DNA from: Zygnema circumcarinatum SAG 698-1b
Taxonomy: Eukaryota > Plantae > Zygnematophyceae
NCBI GenBank assembly: GCA_037447605.1
Contig: CM074810.1
Span: 1,646,880-1,710,879, forward strand
Direction of reading: 5' to 3'
Length of the DNA stretch: 64,000 bases
Made by a program: the position numbers and the translations under genes
Shown here: positions 60,235 through 64,000 of the stretch, one piece after another
Layout: the number at the start of each line of letters is the position of its first letter
Numbering within the stretch: the stretch's first letter is position 1
The notes under the pieces: model-generated
Databases searched by the model: none
What the model saw: the letters and a program-made list of their open reading frames with translations, nothing else
What the model was told of the DNA's origin: nothing

Positions 60235-62199
60235 TAGGGGCAATTGAAAGAGGGGAAGGGGAGGGAGGGAGGGAGGGAGGGAGCAGAGAGGGGAAGAGGA
60301 AGAGAGGAGGGAGCGAGGGATGACCGAGGGAGGGGAAGGGACGGGAGAGAGAGAGGGAGAGGGAGAGGGGAGAGGAAGATAGGGAAGGGAGTGGGCGGCG
60401 TGAAGTATGGTCCACGAGAAGGCGGCCTCCAGGACCTGAACCCTGATGCCGTACACTAACCGTACTATACCGTACGATACCGTACGGTAGAACGGTACTT
60501 CAGTCGGTAGTTTCAGGGTTCAGGGACTTTCAGGCCCGCGAGGGGATAATGCACCGACATTCCACCGACATTGAAGCCCTTTCTCTGTTGATATTAAGTT
60601 CAACAGGCCGTTCGACGGTGTTAGAACTGTTCACATGCTCGCATGCGCTTGTTGGGCAGGATATACTGTACCGTATCGTGCCTTAAATCGAATTGTACAT
60701 AAGATATCGAATTTGTTAATTTACACACCTTTTTGGATAGATACACGACTTTAAGATTTAAAAAAAAGTCTATTTACACACCTTTTTTGAATATATTCAC
60801 ACCTTATCTGGCTGGTCAGATTTCATTCTAGGATTTTTAGGATTGCTGTATGGGATTTTCTTAAAGGTGTATATGTAGCCAAAAAAGATGTGTAAATAAC
60901 AAATTTCAAAAAAATCCCTAAACCCTAAATCCTAAATATAATCTGACCTGCAAAAAAGGTGTGTATCTAGCCAACATAGCGGTGTAAATAGCATTTTTCC
61001 GTATCTTAATTTATGGACGTCAGGGGTCCTCATATTTTCCACCCTGGTTTTGGCCAATATGAGGCGAAAATATTGATTTTGCATATATAAGGTTCGTGTT
61101 ACCAATAGACGGGTGGTATTATGTTAGAGTTCATGTTGGACCGTACGTATCGTACCGTACTATATCGTACCATATCTGAGTGTTTCGTATCGTATCGGGG
61201 AGTATTTTATCGTATCGTATCGTATCGTATGGAAGCCAAGAAGAAGGGGAGAAGAGCGAGCGCCTCTTACGGCGGCACGTGCGGGGAGATTAGGTGAGTT
61301 TTGCGTAAGGCCGTAACGGCTACAGTACAGTAGTACAGCTAGTACGGCTAGTACGGACAGTACGGACAGTACGGCTAACACACAGTTACCGTACAAAAAG
61401 GTGGTTTCGGCAAAATCGGGGCGAAATTCTTGGGGACGCACTCAGGGCGGTAAATACCAGGACCCCTGAATGTATATGGCCCCATATTGTACGGTACTCT
61501 ACGAACTAGCCGCGCCCTGAAAGCGAGCGAGGGTTTGGCAGACGGCCAATTGGCCGCGTCGCTGTCGGCACCGACCTCCCCGACCTGGCTCCGTAGGATG
61601 CTGACGGCCATACGGTACGGTCACGGACCTTCAGAAGCCCATAGACGAATCCTGATGTGCCACGTGTGCAAAAGGATAACCACGTGGTTTTGGCCACTAG
61701 CCTGACCGTTGAGTGCGTCCCGACAAACGAATTAGGTACGAAAGCACAGAGGTTTGACGTGGATCAACCAAAATGTGCCACGTAGTTAGAAATTTTCCAC
61801 TTTTTTTCGTCACAAATTGCTGATCTATTTTCAAGGATCTGTTCCGGGTCTACTAAGATATTACGAGGAGATCAGGACGGCCACGTCACCTAATTTCTGA
61901 CGTGGAAAGCTGCGATTGGTGGATGTGACCTAGGAAATCCTTATAGATACAAGTTGATCACTGTACTGTACGTTCGTTGATCATGACCCGTCTTGAACTC
62001 TCTAGCCGTTCTGTGGGGGCTACCTCACAACACCAACAACAACAGCAAGATCCATAGTGTGAACACTTTGCGGTCCAGTGTGAATAGGTCCTATTTTATC
62101 TCGATCCCGTCCAAGAGAGGTTAATGACCTACAAGCTTCTCCCTCCTGTAGATTCAGTTATTTTTTTGGACCAAATTCTGTCCAAATTTTTGGTTCAAG

Positions 62200-64000
62200 A
62201 TGGCCTGCAAACGCCTGCAGCTGCTGGCGTGCTTCTTCCTCTGCGGGCTGGCTGCGGCTCAGGTATCACTATCTCGAAAAACAAGAAAAAAATATGAAAA
62301 AAAAAATGTATGAATAATTATATCTCAGCGTCCGTCTGTAAAGGAAGCAATCAAAAGTCTTTGGTCAGAAATCGAGTGACTGAATGGCTTGGCTATTGCA
62401 GCCTGTTTTCTGACCAATATTGGCATTTTGTGAGTCTTTTTTGGTCAAATTCTTGTCGCGGCAGCGTTTGTTGTAGTTCTATGCTTCTGCTGAGAAATTT
62501 ATCAGAAATTTGTTTTCTGTTTTCTGAGAAATTCCCTTTTCATTTTTCTTGTGTGCCTCCTCATCTTTAGCACCCTTGAAACTTTCACTTTTGTGACTTA
62601 ATTATCGTTGCAGCATATGCTGTGTGCTGATTGCTTCAATCCTGCATCTCTCCTGACTGCATCCTTCTTAAAAATCTGCATGAATGATGAAATGATACAG
62701 ATGATGTACTGTGCAGTTCCCTCCCTTAAATTGAAGGAAATGTTGCCCTCTCTCCCTTTTGCCTCTCTCTCCCGCTCCCTCATCTCCGTCTCCGTCTCCC
62801 TCCCTTCCCCTCCCCCCCTTATTCCTCCCCGTCTCCCTCCCCTCTCCTCCCGTCCCCCCCTCCCTCTCTCCCCACCTCCCTCCCTCTCCCTTTCCCTCCC
62901 TCTCCCTCCCCCAATCTCCCCCCCCCCCTTCTCCTCCTCCTTCCCTCTCCGTTTTGCCGTCCTGGCTGTGCAGGCATCTCGTGCGGATAACCTCAAATCT
63001 GTTGTTGATAACGATGAAGAGAAGCCATTCTTCAAGGTAAACTCGGTTGTCTGTTTTTTTTATTTTCAGTGTCAGGATATCTTGAAAATTAATTCCGTAG
63101 TATTTGATTTTCGATAGTCCGCCACCTGTGAAACGGAAGCCATGTAAGCTCCTTTGTTTAAATATGTCTTGTTGAATTCCGACTTAATAATGAATGCTTT
63201 CGCGCATTTTTTTTTTCTCCTTTTCCACTTTCGAATTGGAGAATTTCTCGTTTTGCTAAATACCCGTTCTCTTTTTGCAAGAAATTTGCCTTGGAGACCG
63301 ATAGAGTCTTTCCTTTTCTCGCCCTCGATCGTCTCTCTTTCATCTTATATTTTTTTTTCTATTGCCCATCTTCCCCCCCTTGCATTTTTCTTTCTGGTTT
63401 ATTTCTGGCAGCAATCCGTCGTGGAGCACATCAACAGTCTGAACCCTGGTTGGACCGCGGGGTTTAATGAACGCGTCCATAATTTGAATGTAAGCCTCTG
63501 CTTCAACTCTCATCACTCTTTTGTTTCATTCCCCATTTTGAACTGACCTATTAAAGTCAAATCTGTGGGCCAGAGTTACAGCCTCATCATATACTCCGAT
63601 TATTATTATGAAGCTGTGAAGATTCCTTCAAGTGAAGGTCTGCATGTGGAGCGTATACATGCTTCATATTTATGAATTTGTGTTCTATGTCTGCTTCTTT
63701 GCAATGTTCAGATCTATGTGTCACAGTTCCTCCGTTGAATTTTTTAATGTGGTGCCTTTCACATACAGCCGATCCCTTTCTGTAACTTCATTTTTCTTAC
63801 TGTTTCCTCATTGTGATTCTCTAATGAGATTCTTTTGATCTATTTTGTGAAACATCTTCACTATAATGTGACATTCCAGTGACATTGCAATGACATTCTT
63901 TGTGTTTTTTTTTTATCGATGTTTGAAAGACATTTGAAGTCCCATTTTTTTTTCCTTTTTTTCTTCCGCAGCCCAAGGCCTACAGGGGCCTCCTCGGGAC
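62200..64000 (+). CDS. Cathepsin B-like cysteine protease, 5' part (signal peptide and propeptide), truncated by the window end
   Basis: Exons MACKRLQLLACFFLCGLAAAQ | ASRADNLKSVVDNDEEKPFFK | QSVVEHINSLNPGWTAGFNERVHNLN | PKAYRGLLG match the cathepsin B propeptide pattern (IN....W.AG.N.RF......F..LLG). Confidence 0.8.

Noticed and set aside
1-64000. tRNA or rRNA genes
   Set aside because: No cloverleaf with T-loop GTTCGA context and no rRNA-like segment was seen by eye. tRNAscan-SE and barrnap would confirm this.

Overview
Eukaryotic, intron-rich nuclear DNA from a green plant. It is most likely a streptophyte alga; this is inferred from plant-type UPL7, ASD and root-cap genes together with GA/CT-microsatellite-filled introns. 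The assembly is fragmented, with 13 N-gaps, nearly all in GA/CT or G-rich tracts. Supported genes: GDP-mannose mannosyl hydrolase-like Nudix (-), orphan coiled-coil gene (+), NXPE/PC-esterase-like SGNH protein (+), UPL7-type HECT E3 ligase (+), plastid SixA-like histidine phosphatase (-), CHZ histone chaperone (+), TMEM53/DUF829 hydrolase (-), a secreted PAN + VWD-like + root-cap protein (+) with an inverted paralog (-), plastid aspartate-semialdehyde dehydrogenase (-), and the 5' end of a cathepsin B (+). Non-coding structure includes three foldback/MITE elements, two ~2 kb gap-flanking duplications (probably assembly overlaps) and telomere-like intronic arrays. The most striking unexplained signals are three. 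First, a fixed-spacing CCAAT-N10-CACG(T) composite (15 independent copies versus ~0.5 expected, several inside exons). Second, at least 12 perfect GCCACGTGGC palindromes. Third, splice-site-polarised telomere-variant repeats in introns. All gene models were assembled by eye from GT-AG sites and are unverified.
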